64,000 nucleotides of DNA from a virus (Duplodnaviria > Caudoviricetes). The position numbers and the translations under genes were made by a program. This document shows, piece after piece, positions 63,024 to 64,000 of this stretch. Below the pieces are notes generated by a model that saw only the letters and a program-made list of their open reading frames with translations, ran no database searches and was not told the origin of the DNA. Every line of letters starts with the position of its first letter. Position 1 is the first letter of the stretch. The stretch spans positions 419 through 64,418 of the IMG/VR virus record IMGVR_UViG_3300044612_001963. The stretch is one strand, 5' to 3'.

Positions 63024-64000
63024 CCCACCTCCGCACCGGGCACCGGCAGGGCGTTGCGTTCCAGGTCGCTGAGTTTCTTGAGTGCACGCCTTACGAGTTT
63101 TTCGTCTGCGTCGTAAGTGCCAGCATCGTCAGAATTGCCCTTGCAAATTTGCACGAAAGCCAGATAGGCTTCTTCGGCAATCGCTGGCTGCCCAGCCTCC
63201 GGCTCGGGCTGGGCCAGGGTGGCGGGGCGCCAGTGAGTAGTTTCGGCGGCTTTCTGCCCCAGCAATGTGGCGGCCAGTCCATACCGGCGTTGCTCATCAG
63301 GGTTGCATTCCCCCGCCAGATCGCGCATTGACCACAGCCAGGCAACCAGATCATCTATGCCCTCATCCACCTCAGGCTCGGGCTGGTCGTAACGACCCCA
63401 AAACACTTCGGCCAAGCCCTCCGCATCACCAGGCACTGGCATGGGCAACCCCTCCGGCTCGGGTTGAGCCAGAGCGGTGCGGGTGCGGGTGATCAGTTGT
63501 CTCATGCTTCGCTCAGTGTCACTTTGGACCGTATAGGTCAGCGCGTCGTCTAAACGATCAGCCAGCTCAGCACACCGGGCTTTCCAATTAGTCGTTTTTA
63601 GATTCTCGATAGCGGATAACTGTTGAAGCAGGGTGGCGGCGCGGGTGGACTGCGCGGCCCAGTCGTTTCGACCCAGTTCGCGACAACTGAGAGCGTGATC
63701 GTGCAGCCAGTCCGCCACCTCCCCCGCCTCCTCTTGCGGCTCGGACTGGGCCAGGGTGGCGGGGCGCCAGTGAGTAGTTTCGGCGGCTTTCTGCCCCAGC
63801 AATGTGGCGGCCAGTCCATACCGGCGTTGCTCATCAGGGTTGCATTCCCCCGCCAGATCGCGCATTGACCACAGCCAGGCAACCAGATCATCTATGCCCT
63901 CATCCACCTCAGGCTCGGGCTGGTCGTAACGACCCCAAAACACTTCGGCCAAGCCCTCCGCATCACCAGGCACTGGCATGGGCAACCCCTCCGGCTCGGG
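63020..64000 (-). CDS. Modular hypothetical protein, probably 5'-truncated by the window edge
   Basis: Modules joined by (LA)QPEPE linkers; frame open to the window end. Confidence 0.6.
   Translation of the reverse strand, partial: PEPEGLPMPVPGDAEGLAEVFWGRYDQPEPEVDEGIDDLVAWLWSMRDLAGECNPDEQRRYGLAATLLGQKAAETTHWRPATLAQSEPQEEAGEVADWLHDHALSCRELGRNDWAAQSTRAATLLQQLSAIENLKTTNWKARCAELADRLDDALTYTVQSDTERSMRQLITRTRTALAQPEPEGLPMPVPGDAEGLAEVFWGRYDQPEPEVDEGIDDLVAWLWSMRDLAGECNPDEQRRYGLAATLLGQKAAETTHWRPATLAQPEPEAGQPAIAEEAYLAFVQICKGNSDDAGTYDADEKLVRRALKKLSDLERNALPVPGAEVG
63209..64000. repeat. 255-bp exact direct repeat (63209-63463 = 63746-64000)
   Basis: Identical sequence at offset 537 bp, in frame. Confidence 0.92.

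Overview
The whole 64 kb window reads as most of one GC-rich temperate siphovirus genome, probably infecting a picocyanobacterium. The host inference rests on a cyAbrB-like regulator, a SigF-like sigma factor and a lysozyme-C39 peptidase endolysin of the kind seen in cyanobacterial siphoviruses. Left to right: a leftward DNA-metabolism operon (minimal PolX, DNA methyltransferase, SNF2 helicase, SSB, Sak4-like ATPase); an XRE-like protein and VRR-NUC nuclease; a lysis cassette; divergent SF2 helicase and RHH + primase-helicase genes followed by an iteron-rich origin; terminase; phage sigma factor; two islands of small genes interrupting the portal/MuF region; neck and tail genes (with a GGGAAAG -1 frameshift); tape measure and tail tip; scaffold and major capsid placed after the tail; putative polysaccharide-degrading enzymes; an att-like region, integrase and xis; and a leftward arm that probably joins the left end on a circular map. 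The most notable signals are regulatory and non-coding. (i) About 20 copies of GG(A/C/T)AA(A/C/G)CT precede late genes with no shared -35, matching a sigma factor whose region 4 looks degenerate. (ii) A 22-bp palindrome overlaps host-type promoters at 9 or more loci, one of them a symmetric bidirectional promoter. (iii) A hairpin + CACCAC leader recurs between small accessory genes. (iv) Several candidate structured RNAs are present, including a tRNA-like element. All protein-family calls come from motif recognition by eye; no database search was run.
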